A DNA stretch of 64,000 nt from Gracilinanus agilis (Eukaryota), in contig NC_058132.1 of assembly GCF_016433145.1 (NCBI RefSeq), positions 269,625,660 through 269,689,659 of the forward strand, given 5' to 3'. Shown one piece after another: positions 1 to 13,334 of the stretch (its first letter is position 1; every line of letters starts with the position of its first letter). The notes beneath the pieces were generated by a model. That model did no database searches, had not been told where the DNA came from, and was given only the letters and a program-made list of their open reading frames with translations. The position numbers were made by a program, and so were the translations under genes.

Positions 1-813
1 GAGCATTCCAGCAGGAATACTAAAACATGACATTCAAGGAAATGCTCTAATGCTATCTGAACATGTGAGATCTGTATCCTCATATTTCACTATTCAGAAG
101 ATAATACTGTTGAAGTTCTCAAAATACACTTTAAAAGCTCATTTGTAGTCTCCCATTAACCTCAGTAGGCTCATAAGGTAATTGGGAATTATTTTACTGC
201 TCCCAAAGAATTAACTAAAAAAAAAAAAAAACAACCAAAAACTTAAGATGCAGAGAGGTTACTTAAGGCCACTATCAGGGAAAGCAAATGTGACTATCTC
301 AGTAGGAAAAGCTTTGGGTTTAGGTACTCCCCTCACCAAAGAAAATCCCATCTTCTCTAAAGTTAAGTAAATAAGCTCTAAGTAGTTACCTGAGGCATGT
401 GACAATTAAAGTGACCTTCCCAGAGTCATCTAGTTCATCAGAATCAGAGGCAAGATTTGAACTCAGGTTTTTCTGACTCCAGGTTCAGTTACTGTCCTAT
501 CCTCTGCCTCTAATTGCCTAAAATCAATATGAAAGATCAGAGAAAGTCCAGTCTTTATCTAGTTTGCCCACCAAAGGTCATGTTTCTTGAATGTTCTGTC
601 TTTCCTCTCCCTTTTCTTTTGTTGAGATCCTTTGCATGAGAATCTAGGCTTTAGCTCTTTCCACTAGTTGGAACTTCAAAGGTGGCTCCAAATAATATGC
701 TTAATAATGCCAAAATGACCACTTCCTCTGGCACATAATTGTGATTAACTAGGTCTTAGCACATTCTATTTAGCGGGGGGGAGGGGAGTCTCTGTTGCAC
801 ATCACACTGAAGT

Positions 814-945
814 NNNNNNNNNNNNNNNNNNNNNNNNNNNNNNNNNNNNNNNNNNNNNNNNNNNNNNNNNNNNNNNNNNNNNNNNNNNNNNNNNNNNNNN
901 NNNNNNNNNNNNNNNNNNNNNNNNNNNNNNNNNNNNNNNNNNNNN
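814..945. other. Assembly gap (132 N)
   Basis: Run of n from 814 to 945. Confidence 0.99.
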
Positions 946-2054
946 ACTTTAATATCCTTCAGTAGCTTAATTCTATAGGTATTTTACTATCCACATATGT
1001 TTAGTAAAATTAAATAACAGTATAAATGTTCGGTGGGATTAAAACAACAGTAAAATGAAACCAAACAAAATGAGTTTATTTTGTTAATAGAATAACAGAG
1101 AATCCCAGTGTTGATATAACATTACACAAAATCTAGAGCAAACATACTCTGAATCCCAGCCTCATTTCACATGTAATTAACCTTTCTCAATCAAGCTAAG
1201 CATCCCTCATACCTCCTCCTCAACTGCTGTGCACCCACGTCTCTTCTTTCATGTGGATAAAAGGCAGACATCCATTTCATCTAGAAATACTGCCTCATCT
1301 TGAACATTCACATCATCGTGGTCCCAAGAGTATTGTGAATACCCATTACTTCCTTCCAGCTCATATTTGAATTTTACAAGCATCATTCCATCTTGGAGAG
1401 TAAGGAAGCCGGGACGAGGAATGGGATTTACTCATCCTGGGCAGTGTGTTCAGAGAGAAGAAATGTCTTGTCCAATGACCGCATTGGAAAAAGCTTCTAA
1501 ATGAGGAGCAAACTCATTATCCTCTTTGCCTAAACCTGAGTTGGAAAAAGATGTTGCATTAAGACTCTCTTCATGGAACTATGTAAGGTAGGGATACAAA
1601 CACTGAATTTGTAGTCATTGAGTGTGACATTAGGATACAGTAATACTCTCAGAGATCATCTAATCTAAATTTTTTTTTAGTTTAAAGATGAGGCAACTGA
1701 GATTCAAAGAGTTGATATTTCTTGCCCAAAGTCTTCAGACTATGGACACAATGCCCCCCCAACACATAAACTTAAACATACACAAACTTGCATGTTACGT
1801 CACTCTATCTAGATGACAAATGTCTCTTTGCCTCAATGAGACTTATGTTTCCTCACCAATAAAATTCTGGTAGTAACACTATCCTTATGTGCCTCCTGAT
1901 CCTATTGGGAGAATCAAATATTGCAATAATTTTTGTTACAGTACTCTGTAAACTGCTAAGTACAAATGAGAATCTTTGAGGAAAAGTGTGTGTAGGTGAG
2001 TGGGGGATAAGATTCCAAAATGTGCTGGGAAAATGTGGAAATGAGTTGAATAAG

Positions 2055-2545
2055 ATCAATCAACTCATCTCCAAGCATTTATTAATGGGCGCTTCTGTTT
2101 CAGGTATTGTACAAGGCCCTGAGGGTATAGAGACAAAAAATGAAACAATGTCTATCCTGAAGGAGTTTATATTCCTTCAGGGAAGACAATGTAAGAATAA
2201 ACAAATTATATACAAAATAAAAGGGAGTTAGCTTGGAGGAGAAGCCCTAGCTGCTGAGGTGCTTGGTGAGAGAGGAAAAAGGAACTCAAGAAAGGGGTTA
2301 TGGAGAAGATGGAGCTTGAACTAACCTGTGAAGGAAACCAGAGATTCTAAGAAGTGGGGGGAAGTGCATTGCAGACATGAGAGACAATCAACCATCCAGA
2401 TAAGGAGGCAGTGTACCTATCAAGAGAGGAATAGCACACTAGCCAGTTTTGGGTGATCCATAGTATGTGTAAAGGGAAATAATGTTTTATAAATCTGGAA
2501 AAGATGGCTGAAGCCAGGTTGTAAACGACTTTAAATACCTTTTGA
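2055..2545 (-). mobile_element. L2 LINE 3' fragment
   Basis: Reverse L2 terminus 'aagcatttattaa...caggtattgtacaaggccctgagggtatagagacaaaaaatgaaac...' followed by typical L2 3' sequence. Confidence 0.75.
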
Positions 2546-2754
2546 CAGAATTTGTCATCCTGTGCTTTTGACTAACAGAGGTATAACAGAGATCAGTTCA
2601 TATTTTGGAGAATAAGTTTCAGCACAGCCACATCAATAGAGAATAATGAAATAAACCAGAGACAGTGAGAGACCTGAATGTCTCCATTATATCTTACTCC
2701 TCAAAGACTAAGAAGAAGCCAAAGAATGAAGATTCAGTTCAATTTAGTTCAGAT

Positions 2755-2935
2755 TGAATAGGAGTTAGTGCACTGGACTTGGAATCAGGAAGACATAAGC
2801 TCATACCCTACCTCAGACTATTCCTTGCTGTGTGACCCTAGGCAAATTACTAAACCTCTAGATGCTGCTGTTTCCTCATCTATAAAACAATGGAGTTGGA
2901 TTGTACAGCTTCTTAAACGTCTTTTAGCTTTGATT
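2755..2935 (+). mobile_element. MIR-type CORE-SINE
   Basis: 'ggacttggaatcaggaagac...tgtgtgaccctaggcaaattac...tttcctcatctataaaa' is the MIR head plus CORE. Confidence 0.75.
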
Positions 2936-3399
2936 CTCTGAATAAGCATATATTTTGCACCTATAATGGCCAGACTTTGTCCTAGGCACTGGGGGTAGTG
3001 GGGGGGAGTTCCTTTCTACAAGGAGTTTAGAAATACTTGGCAGAAGTTCTTTATCTGGTTTATGTTGACTCTTTTTCTTTCATATTTTGATTATTACATT
3101 TGATCAGAATTTCCCCTTCCTCTCTTCTTTCCATCCTTTGTAATTCTATGCATTTTATTTTATTCATTTAAATACTTTATTCTGAGAAAGGCACCATAGG
3201 CTTCATTAGACTGCCAAAAGAGTTCATGAAAAAGAAATTTTAAGAACTTCTGTGCTAAAGAGATACAAGTTCTAGCTGTGTGTGATTCTGGATCTGTGTG
3301 AAGGCTCTCTGCTCATACATAGAAAACAAAAAAGGATCTTGGGCTTTCCAGATAGAAGGAAACTGGGAATTTATCTAGTTCAATATCCTTTTTTTAAAA

Positions 3400-3830
3400 A
3401 AAATTCTATTTTTCCTCAATTACGTGTAAAAACAATCTTGAGCCAAATTCTCCCCTTCCTGTCTCCCTTTAGATGGCAAGCAATCAGATATCAATTTTTG
3501 CATGTATGATTATGTAAAACATTTTCCCATATTAGTCATTTTGTGGAAGAAATCTTGAACAACAATAACAAAATGAAGAAATAAAATGAAATATAGTATT
3601 TTCATTCTGTATTCAAGCTCCACCAGTTCTTTCTCTGGAGGCAGATGGAATTTTTCATCATAAGTCCTTGAAGATTGTTTTGGATCACTGTACTGCTGAA
3701 AAGAGCTAAATTATTTACAATCATTCATCATAAAATATTAATGTTACTGTATACAATGTTCCTCTGGTTCTGTTCACTTAACTTTTCATCGGATCATGTA
3801 GGTCTCTCCAGGTTTTTCTGAAACTCCCCT
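3400..3830 (-). mobile_element. Old marsupial L1 3' end fragment
   Basis: Same antisense 3'-UTR sequence type as 3850-4300, 30965-31390 and the reverse complement of 23490-23850. Confidence 0.65.
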
Positions 3831-3849
3831 ATAATTTCTTTCTTTCTTT

Positions 3850-4645
3850 TAAAATATATCTCTTCCTTTTATTTTTTCAATTACAAGTAGAAACAATTTT
3901 AAACAATCGTCTTCTGACATTTTGCAACCCATGTTCTTTCCCCTTCCTCTCTTCTTTCCATCCTTCCAGAGATATTAAATAATCTGATATAGATTAGACC
4001 AGTGCTATCATGCAATACATATTTCCATATTCCCTATGTTGGGAAAGAAAACTCATCACATATATAAGAAAAAAACTCATGAAGGAAATAAAGTAAAAAA
4101 AAAATGGTATGCTTCGATCTACATTCAGACTTGGACAGTTCATCCTACAGCTATGGATAGCATTTTTCATCATGAGTCCCTTGGGGTTGTCTTGGATTCT
4201 GGCAGTGCTGATAATAGTTTAGTTCTTCACAGTTCATCATTGCTTAATATCATATAATATTTCTGTTACAGCGTACAATGTTCTTCTGCTTCTTCACACT
4301 TCGCTCTGCATCAGTTCATATGAGTCTTTTCAGAAAGGTTTTTCTCCAATTGTCTTATTCATTTCTTATGGCAAAATAGAATTCATTACAACTACATGCC
4401 ACAATTTCTTCAACCATTCCTATCTCCTCAATTTCTAATTCTTTGCTACCAAAAAAATAGCAGCTATAAACATTTTGTACAAATAGATCCTTACCTCTCT
4501 TTGCTTTTTTTAATCTCTTTGGGATATAGACCTAATAGTGATATTTCTGGATCAAAGGAAATGTACAGTTTAAAGTCCCTTGGGCATAGTTCCAATTTGC
4601 TCTCCAGAATGGTGAGATCAGTTCACAACTCCATCAATAGTGTCA
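3850..4645 (-). mobile_element. Old marsupial L1 3' end including ORF2 C-terminal remnant
   Basis: 'ttctttgctacc...gcagctataaacatttt...ggatcaaagg...ttccaatttgctctccagaatgg' is antisense L1 ORF2 end. It shares the 'KKTHEGNKV' antisense pseudo-ORF with the copies at 23.5 kb and 58.5 kb. Confidence 0.8.
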
Positions 4646-5460
4646 ATGCCTTCTTTTTACAGATGAAGAGTATGAGGCCTTTAAGAATAAAATTACTTAA
4701 GCCAGGCCATACTGCTGGTTTATGGGTAGAGCCCTTACTAGGAGCCCTACTCCAAATCCAGTGCTCTTTACACTATCTCACCATGGCACGTATGCATCTG
4801 ACAAGCAATATTTATTGAGCAGACTATATGATAATATATCAAAGTTTCTAAAACTCTCTTGTATACACTGTTTAATTCTCCATTAACATACCCCTCCTCA
4901 GACCTGTTCTCCCATAAGTGAGCTGCTTCTCTTTGTTCCAAGACTATTAGTCAAAATACTTTGGGAATAAATACTGTAAAAAGGTAATTAAAGTCTTCCA
5001 TCACCTAGCCCCAATTCAACAGCTTGATTCTATATGAAATCACGATGATCCTCATATAAGACTTATAGCCTTTATCTCCATGTTTTGATAGGCTATTCCC
5101 TCAATGTCTGGAATGCACAACCTCATCCCCTTCACTTCTTAAAATTCCCATTTTCCTTCAAAGGCAAGTGACTAAATGGTGCAGTGTATAGAGTTTTAGA
5201 CTTGGGAGTCAAAGAAGAGTTGAATCTGAATCTTGCTTCACCTATTTATTTAGTTATGTGACCCTGGACAAGTCACTTACCTTTTCTCAGTCTCATCTTT
5301 CTCATCTGGAAAATAAGGATAATAATAGCAATTATTTGCTAAGATTTTTAGGAGGATCAAATGAAATGGCATCCATAAAATGCTTTGTAAACTTTAAAGC
5401 ACTATATAAACACTAGTTATAAGAATAATTAAATATACAAAACAATAATTAACAATATTA

Positions 5461-5686
5461 TTATTATTATTCCATCATTTCTGACTCTTCATGACTCCAT
5501 TTAGGAATTTCTTGGCAAAGATACTGTAGTGAACTGCCATTTCCTTCTCCAAATCATTTTACAGATGAAAAACTGAGGCGAACAGACTTAAGTGACTTGT
5601 CCAGGGTCACATAACTAGTAAATATCTGAGGCCAGATTTGAACTCATGAAGATGAGTGCTCCATCCATTTTACCATTTAGCTGCCA
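5461..5686 (-). mobile_element. MAR1-type SINE with 12-bp TSD
   Basis: 'ttcttggcaaagatactg...ttttacagatgaaaaactgagg...tagctgcc'; TSD ttaacaatatta at 5449-5460 and 5688-5699; (TTA)n tail. Confidence 0.85.
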
Positions 5687-7677
5687 GTTAACAATATTAG
5701 CAATTAATAGTAAACAAAATTAATGATTATTAATAACTGATAGTAGATCAATATATGTTACAAATAATATAATTATCACAATAATTAGTAATATAATTGT
5801 ACAATATAATGATGATGTAATTCTAAATCATATTATTAATAATTAATAATAAAAAGAGTGCTTCTATATCAAGACACCTTACATTCCTGTTTCTTCCATG
5901 GGGTAGCTGTCAAAAAAGACCTATAGCAGATGACTAAGTAAAAAAATCTCAAATATATTTCTTTAACATTTCTATTTATTTGTTTTCTTGAGTTTATTGA
6001 ACAGTTCGCCCCCTTCATTTGACAGAAAAGTAAACTAAGGCCCAGGGAGACAAAATGTTTTGTTCAAGGCCAGACGGGAAACTGATAAATAGTATATTAA
6101 GTCTTTATACCCAGGTCCTCTCCCTTGAAATCTAGTGTTCTCGAAGGGTCCTGACCACCAGATTTCAAGACTGTTCCTCCCAACGTCATGAAACTTGGAT
6201 GATTATGAAAAACTTTACTGGGAGAATTTTTAAAAACTTCATTAAAATATAAAAATAAGATTTCATTGAATGAATTTTGCTTATGGGTGATGGTATTTTA
6301 TTTCTTCCTGTTTGTCTTAGCTTTCTTGTGTCACACAGATCCATTGATCCTGCCCGGCAGGCAAGACTTTAGTTTTCAATATAGGGCATGCTGGGATAAG
6401 GGCTTTGTTTCCTCTACTTTGCTTTTGAGTGTGAGGCTGGCACAGCAATACTATCCCAGAAAGCCAGGTTTCATGTACTGTGAATTTCCCATAGCAGGGC
6501 TATGTGTGGTTAATTATCCAAAGGGAACTTTCACATTTGTAGGCACATTACCTCAAAGTCCAAGAGCTCCTGCAATGCCCCTGCCAACCAGCTGAGAAAA
6601 CTAGGCTTTGTCAAACAGCAGGAGATTTCTACATGTAGGTCAAAAATAGAAGACATTTCAAAAGATTAGCAGAAACCTGTGAAAAGACAACTGTGTCAAA
6701 ATTACTCACCACCTCCCTGCCCCATCATCTTCTCTTAGTTCATTAAGAATACCAGGGCTCTCCTAAGCTGCTGTTATCTATCTTAACATTTATGTATGGT
6801 TCAGAAAATGTCTTTCTTCATACTAGTCTTTCAACAAAAGAGGAAGGAGACTTAAAAACATTTAGTTCGTCTAAAAAGATTGGAGCCCAAGAAGCACTTT
6901 CATGTCAATGTCCCTGACTTCTCGATAGCCATGAGAACAATTCCATGTCACTGAGAGGCTTCCTTTCACTTCCCCATTTCTGATGCATATTAATGGATAT
7001 TGAGCAATTACCAAAAAAGGGGAGTTTGGGGATTTTGCCAGAACTTTGACATTTGACATTCAGGGTGGTTTTATTTGTCTTTCTCTCTTGAGATGCTTGA
7101 AGCCCAAAGGCTTTAGACTACGATTGAATAGAAGGACTTATAGGCAGGATGCGAGAGGCAGAAGGGACCCAAGGAATTTTTGGAGGAGAGATAGTGAGAT
7201 GGTGGCTAGAACTGGCAGGAAATAGATTCAGGGAGATAAAAGATCCACTCCCAGTTTCCAGTGTAAGCTTTTGATAATTTGAAATAATTACTCATGCAAG
7301 AATTGTTCCTGCTCATGCCTGGGCATAAACTTGACCCAAGTTCCACTGTGATTGGAGAATGGCTATCATCTGTTACAATTTAGTTCTGATTATTAATATC
7401 CCTCGGGGCAGCAGCAGCAGCTGTGTTTCCTGATATTACCTTCAACAGTTCATGAGGTAGGAAGCCCCTGGAACCTAGCTCTAAGACAGTCTGCCTGCTC
7501 CCAGTATCTGTGGCAGTTCTTAATGCCCCTCTATGTCCATTTCACTGGGCACTAAGCCAATACGAGAGCAGGAGTAAAGGACATCAAGTGGGACTGTCAT
7601 GGAGAAAGAATTGCTTTTGCTTGTTGGAAGTTTGTAGTTAATGATAACCAATGATTAAAGAACTTGTATTAATTCTT

Positions 7678-7890
7678 ATAGAGGTAGCTTGGTGGCAGAG
7701 TGATTAAAGTGCTGGACTTGGAGCTAGTAAGTCCTGGTTTTGATTTGTGTCTCAGATACTAATTAACACTATGATTCTTTCAGCCTCAGTTTTTCATCTG
7801 TTAAATGGAGATAACACTTATTACATGGTTGTTATGAAGAAAAAATTTGATGATATATGTTGGCAAATGAAGTGCTATTTGAATGGTAGC
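7678..7890 (+). mobile_element. MIR-type CORE-SINE
   Basis: 'ggtagcttggtggcagagtg...cagcctcagtttttcatctgttaaatggagataac'. Confidence 0.75.
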
Positions 7891-9079
7891 TGTTATTGAT
7901 GTTTCGACTTCACTATACATTTTTCTTGATCTAATTAAACTTGTTTAATTATTAACTTGAGGCTCCAGAGAAGGTTAACATATTTGCATCAAGCTCAAAG
8001 AATGCCCAGTGAGGTGGAGATTTTTGTTATTTAACAAAGGCAAACAATGTTTGAGCAGTAGCCCTAGCCAGACCCTGAGAAGCAGTGGGGAGGGGTGAAG
8101 TGCTGGATTGTTGACATTGTGACTGTAGGAAATTCTTCTTTTATCTAACTCTGGTTCCTGTTGCTGTAGCAGGTTCCTATGATCGTAACTGGTGACAGAA
8201 CCAACCTGTTACACTTTTATTTACTGTTCAGGGAGAGAGATAAATCTGATATTATTACCTCTATAGAACTGGCACATTCCCCCACTGGGATGGAGCCTGG
8301 GATTCAATAATCATTGCTGGTTTACTATGTGTTTCTCAGGCTACATTCTTCTCCTGGGTGTTAGCACCCTCAATGTTAAGTTGGTTGCTATATACTGAGA
8401 ATTTTTGATGACCCATGTCATTCCCATTACAGGAGTTCATTTGTAGATAATTGTTCATGTCAGCAGTCTGACTTATCTGTGAATTGGAGAAAGGCTTTTT
8501 ATTTTTACAAAAGCTATGGTGGCATAATATTCATTTTGTCCTGCCTTGATAGTGGGGCATATGCTAATTATATTAATTTGTGAGGCTACACCCTCTAGCA
8601 GGATATTAAGATTTCCAAAAGAAGTCTTAGCCTTGGTGAAATTTACTTGGGGAACACAGATTCATAATATGTGAAAAGGAAAAAAGGAGTTAGCAGTTGG
8701 CTACTCTACTTCATTTCTCAGATCAGAAAACCAAGGCCCAGTTGGGGTCACAGAAATATTGTAAGTTGAAGAGCTAGGATTTGGACCAGGGTATTTTGAT
8801 TCCAGAATCAGTGTTTGAAAAAATGGAAAGGTCTCGATTCCTCCAAAGGACAATTGGAATAGCATCTCATTTTCCCTGGAGGTAAAGGAGGGAACAATAA
8901 CATCACAGTTTCACATTTGGAATTTCTGTTTTATAGTTTGGCATAATGGGGATTTTCCTAGCTTGATTTTTGGAGAGTATTAAACATAGAGACGGAGACT
9001 AAATTACTTGAGAGTGGAAATGATTCAAAAATTCAATTTTGATCATTATCAATGCAGAATCCTTTAAATTATTTTTCAC

Positions 9080-9590
9080 AGTGACCTTGTCCAACCTTGT
9101 AGACTAATTGCAGAAGTGCATCAACTCATTCAGGCAGGTACCAGCCCACCAAATTTTCCCTAGTCATGTCAACCTTAGCCTTAGTAATTATATCTTCAGC
9201 AGTGGGCAGCAACACCATAAGAAGTATGATCCTCAGTGACCCTGTGTAGTTTAATATTTTTTAAGCAATGCCTTGAGCAACAACATAGGAAAAATGTTCA
9301 TCAAATTTATTGATGACTCACAGCTGAGAGAGATGGCTAATATATTGGATAATAGAGTCAAGGTCTAGAAAATATGTTGATGGGATGGAACACTGGGCTG
9401 AATATATAACATGAAATTCCAAAAGGAAAATTATAAAGTTTTATATTTGAGTCAAAAAAGCAAATAATGGGGATAGAATGGAGAGCACATAGTTAGCAGT
9501 ATGAAAAAAAAATCTGGGGATTTTAATCAGCTGCAATTTCAGTGGTGAAGCAGTGTAGTGTGGCAACCAGAAAAGATACAGTCTAGTAGT
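9080..9590 (+). mobile_element. L3/CR1 LINE RT fragment
   Basis: 'atcaaatttattgatgactcacagctg...gaacactgggctgaa...atgaaattc...aaagttttatatttg' matches the CR1 'KFADDTKL...W....MKFN..KCKVLHLG' region. Confidence 0.8.
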
Positions 9591-11125
9591 TACGTAGTTA
9601 GGTGGTGCAGTGGATAAAGAGCTGGGTCTAAAGTCAGGAAGATGTACGTTCAAATCTGACCTCAAATACAACCTGGCTGTGTGGTCCTGAGCAAGTCAAT
9701 TAACTTCTGTTTGCATCAATTTTCTTAAACTATAAAATGGAGATAATAACAGTAACTACAATGTGGTATTGTTGTGTATGATATTTGAATGAGATAACAT
9801 TTATAAAGCTCTTAGCACAGTTCCTGGCACAGAGTAGGCTTTATATAAATGTTTATTACCTTCCCCCCACCTTTACAGGCTGTAAAAATTTAGCATCTGA
9901 CAAATACCTACTGAGCTATGTCTCAGGGGCTAGAAATAAACATCATGTCTTTCATGGTCTAACAAATAACAAATTGCCAAATCTAAAAATAACTAGAGGA
10001 ACTCTCCCAACAAAGTGAGTGGAAACTAGATCATTAGTAGAGATGAAACTTCTGCCCTCATTTGCCCACCCACAATACTGATTTATAAAATTTTATCTCA
10101 AAATTTTAATATATTTTACTATATGAAATACTCATGCTCATCAACCTATGTAGAATGAAAAATATTCAAAATACAGAGACCCAGCAAAGGAGATAAAAAT
10201 CATGTGGGACAAAATGAGTCAAATATCATATTGTCATCTTGTCTGCTATTTGAGGAATATAGACGAGGCTTTGAATAAGTCTGCCAAGGATGAGCTCACA
10301 TACTAATATTTTTGTTTAAAAATAGTTTAAAAAATTTTTTAAATAAAAATTTATTTTTCTAGTTGTAAAATAATTCAAAGAATATTAATTATAGTAGAAA
10401 ATTTGCAAATAGCAATGCATCTTGGGACTTTCTATCTACATCCCTTTGTAAAAGATAAGATCAGGATATTTGAAAATGATGAAGATGAGGAAGAAGGTGA
10501 TGATAAAGCTCAGATATGTTTAATGGCCAATGTTCATAAAACACTTTCCTCACATTTCTGTGAATTCAGGGGTGCAAATATTTGAGAAATGAGGAAATTG
10601 ATGTTCTGAGTAGATAAGACCTTACTTATTATAGTTATATTAGTATATAATAGAAACAAAGCTCAAACCCAGATTTTTCTACATTGAAGTCCATTGCTCT
10701 TTCTCTTATATCAAACCATTTCTCATTTATTTAAAGTTACATCTCAAATAGGATGCAATGGAAATTATGTGAAAGGATAGATATTTTCAGAAAGTAAATA
10801 CAGCAGGCAACTAATAGTGGAATAAACCCTGGGTTTGAGGGATACATATGGCAGGTGGAATAAAAGAGTAAAACAATTTTTAGGTTTGAAATGTGACAAT
10901 GATTTAGTTTTGTGACATGATGGGAAGAAGGTGAAGGAAGTATTTGGGGAACCCCAATCCTAGTCTAGTATTCAGTAACTATACAGTGAAGTGGAAAGAA
11001 AACTTTTTCTGAGATCATAATAACAAGAAGAATAACATGTGAAGTTAACTGTGCTTAAATTGATCAAGAGATTCAAAATCAGGGGAAAAATTAGTAGAAA
11101 TGACTTCAGAACCTTGATCAAGGCA

Positions 11126-11127
<2 letters not shown>

Positions 11128-11164
<37 letters not shown>

Positions 11165-11171
11165 GTGTGTG
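11128..11171. repeat. (TG)n microsatellite
   Basis: About 22 TG units with one CG interruption. Confidence 0.98.
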
Positions 11172-13334
11172 CAATGGAAATATCAGACCAAGGGTCATCA
11201 ACATATTCTTCATCCAAGTTGAGTAAAGTTAACCAACTAGTAGTCTTATAACCCCATTGAAAAGACAAAGGATAAATTGATGATGGGTTGAGTTGAAAGA
11301 CAGATGAGAGGTACACAATGCTCTGAGATTTAGGTAGAAAGTTAGGAGATTAATGAAAGGATCAGTAGTGGAACACAAACCGAACAGATGTTTTCTCCTG
11401 GTAGTAGTTTTTCAGAATAGAAAATGCCCAGCCATCTGATAGATCTTTGCTGTAATGGCAAACTCTAGAAAAATAAAATAAGACAAGCCTGCATCTCGAT
11501 TCCATATTTCACCGAGGCTTGTTCAGGCCATACCTGACCTGGTCAAATCCTGGTGTTTGAATTTATTAATATTTAAGATATGTTTACCCCTCCCCTTTTT
11601 GTTGCTCTTCTGTTTACCTCTGGTTTGCTCTTGACCTCGATAAAGCATGACCCCTGGTTCTTTCTTTTATCACCTGGCTCCTAGGCTGTTGGCTTATAAT
11701 AGGCTCTGTGCATGTAGGATGGTGCCGTGCTCCCTGTACTACTCCTATCCTTGTAGTGTACCACAAATGACTAGTTATTAGTAGGGCATAATGTTTTCTA
11801 GTCTCTTACAACAAACTAAAAACAGGTATTCTGCTACAGGTGGAAATACTTTATCACTTTATCCTCCTTAGTAATCAAGCAAAAAAAAAAAAAAAAGAAG
11901 CCATCAAACTCAGGCGCAATCTCTTTTATTGAATGTGATAACATTACTGGGTAGCACTCAGTGTTCTTGTGGGGATTAATGCATGAAAAATACCATTTTG
12001 CATAACAATAATGTCAAAAGCATAACTCTGAAAAGGTCCATCTTCGTTATAAAACTCAAGCAGGGATTGATACAGTATCTTTTAAGACTTCCAAAATGCC
12101 TTGTGATTTGGCATTGTATAATATCTCTGACAAGATAGAAAGTGGAAAAAAAGTATTCCATTTACGTACACAGGCACAGATTTGATCCCCTAGCTCCATT
12201 TTTGAAGTCACGTTTGTTTCAGGTAAAGGTCACCAGGAAATGTGCCTTTAGAAACTTTAGATATTGGAAGAAAATAAAGAAATATTGGGGTGAACGACCT
12301 TTGTGTAGATCACTCTGTCAAGAATCCATAAATATGGGCATATGAGTAGAGACTTCTCCCATATTCAAAGATTTTGAGAACAAAATTCAATATTCAGAGT
12401 TATTGTCAACTGCCTTTTATTTGACAAATGCAGACTCTGTGGCATCAATATTTAAAGCACTTAACACTATATTTTCTTTATTGCTATTTTCCAAGGAAAA
12501 CACTGTCCACTTTTTTCCAGTAGCCTTTGTGCTTGTAATACATAATAGTTCTGTATATTTATACATTTTATTCTGTTTTTTTCCTCTGATAGTTCTCTAT
12601 TTGTGCCACTGTTTATCAAGAAACACCATGTGAAAGTTAATAATAACATAATTTAGAGCAATAATTACATTTTTATTCAATATCTGTGGGAAAACACTGA
12701 GTTGAATAATGAGATAAAAATGAGTGTCTCAGTCCTAACAGGACATTAATCAACATATTAACTGTGTAGGCAAACTGATTTGAGGCTGTTATGGCTTAAT
12801 TTGTCTCAAAATCATTATTTTTAATGTATTGCATAATGTACTTTAAAATATGTGTTGAAGTGATTATATGTAAGCATTACATTTCAACAGAATGGATGTT
12901 ACTCTTTATTCTAGCATGAGTTATCACTTTTTTATAGTATACAGTATAAAATCGATATTCCTGAAACTGGCATTTCAGAGCAAAGGTAAGATGAGACTAA
13001 ATTAATATTGCAACCTCTCTGCCTAAATCCAGTCATAATTATGCAGGCCATTTTTTTTCCTCCTTTAGTCAAGTTACTAACTACCTTTTAGTGGATTCTC
13101 TCTCTTTAAGCAACCAATTTAGGAATTGATTTAAAAGTTGTTTCAATTCTAAGGAAAGATTAGAATTAGCTTGGCTCTGATTCTTTTGCCTATAATGTTA
13201 AGAAACTAGTTCTGTCCTTGACCCTCTGATATTCCTGTGCTATTCAAAGTAGACTGTAAGTGCTTTGAGGGAAGGAAGTTTTTTGTTTTGTTTTGTTTTG
13301 TTTTTTCATTTCGTAGCTTCATCTCTTCAACATA

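Noticed and set aside
4036-4257. Recurrent 'KKTHEGNKV' peptide in ORFs at 4036, 23488 and 58497
   Set aside because: It is the antisense translation of the same L1 3'-UTR family, not a gene family.
6266-6595. 109-aa ORF in unique sequence with upstream acceptor-like tracts
   Set aside because: Starts at TTG, has no recognisable domain, and no good in-frame donor; composition resembles translated non-coding DNA.
6700-6830. Consensus minus-strand donor G|GTGAGT near 6710
   Set aside because: All frames behind the pyrimidine-rich acceptor contain stops; the only open 53-nt option has a purine-rich acceptor.
10403-10585. Acidic ORF 'ENDEDEEEGDDK'
   Set aside because: The acidic run is a degenerate (GAT/GAA)n low-complexity stretch adjoining a MIR-like fragment.
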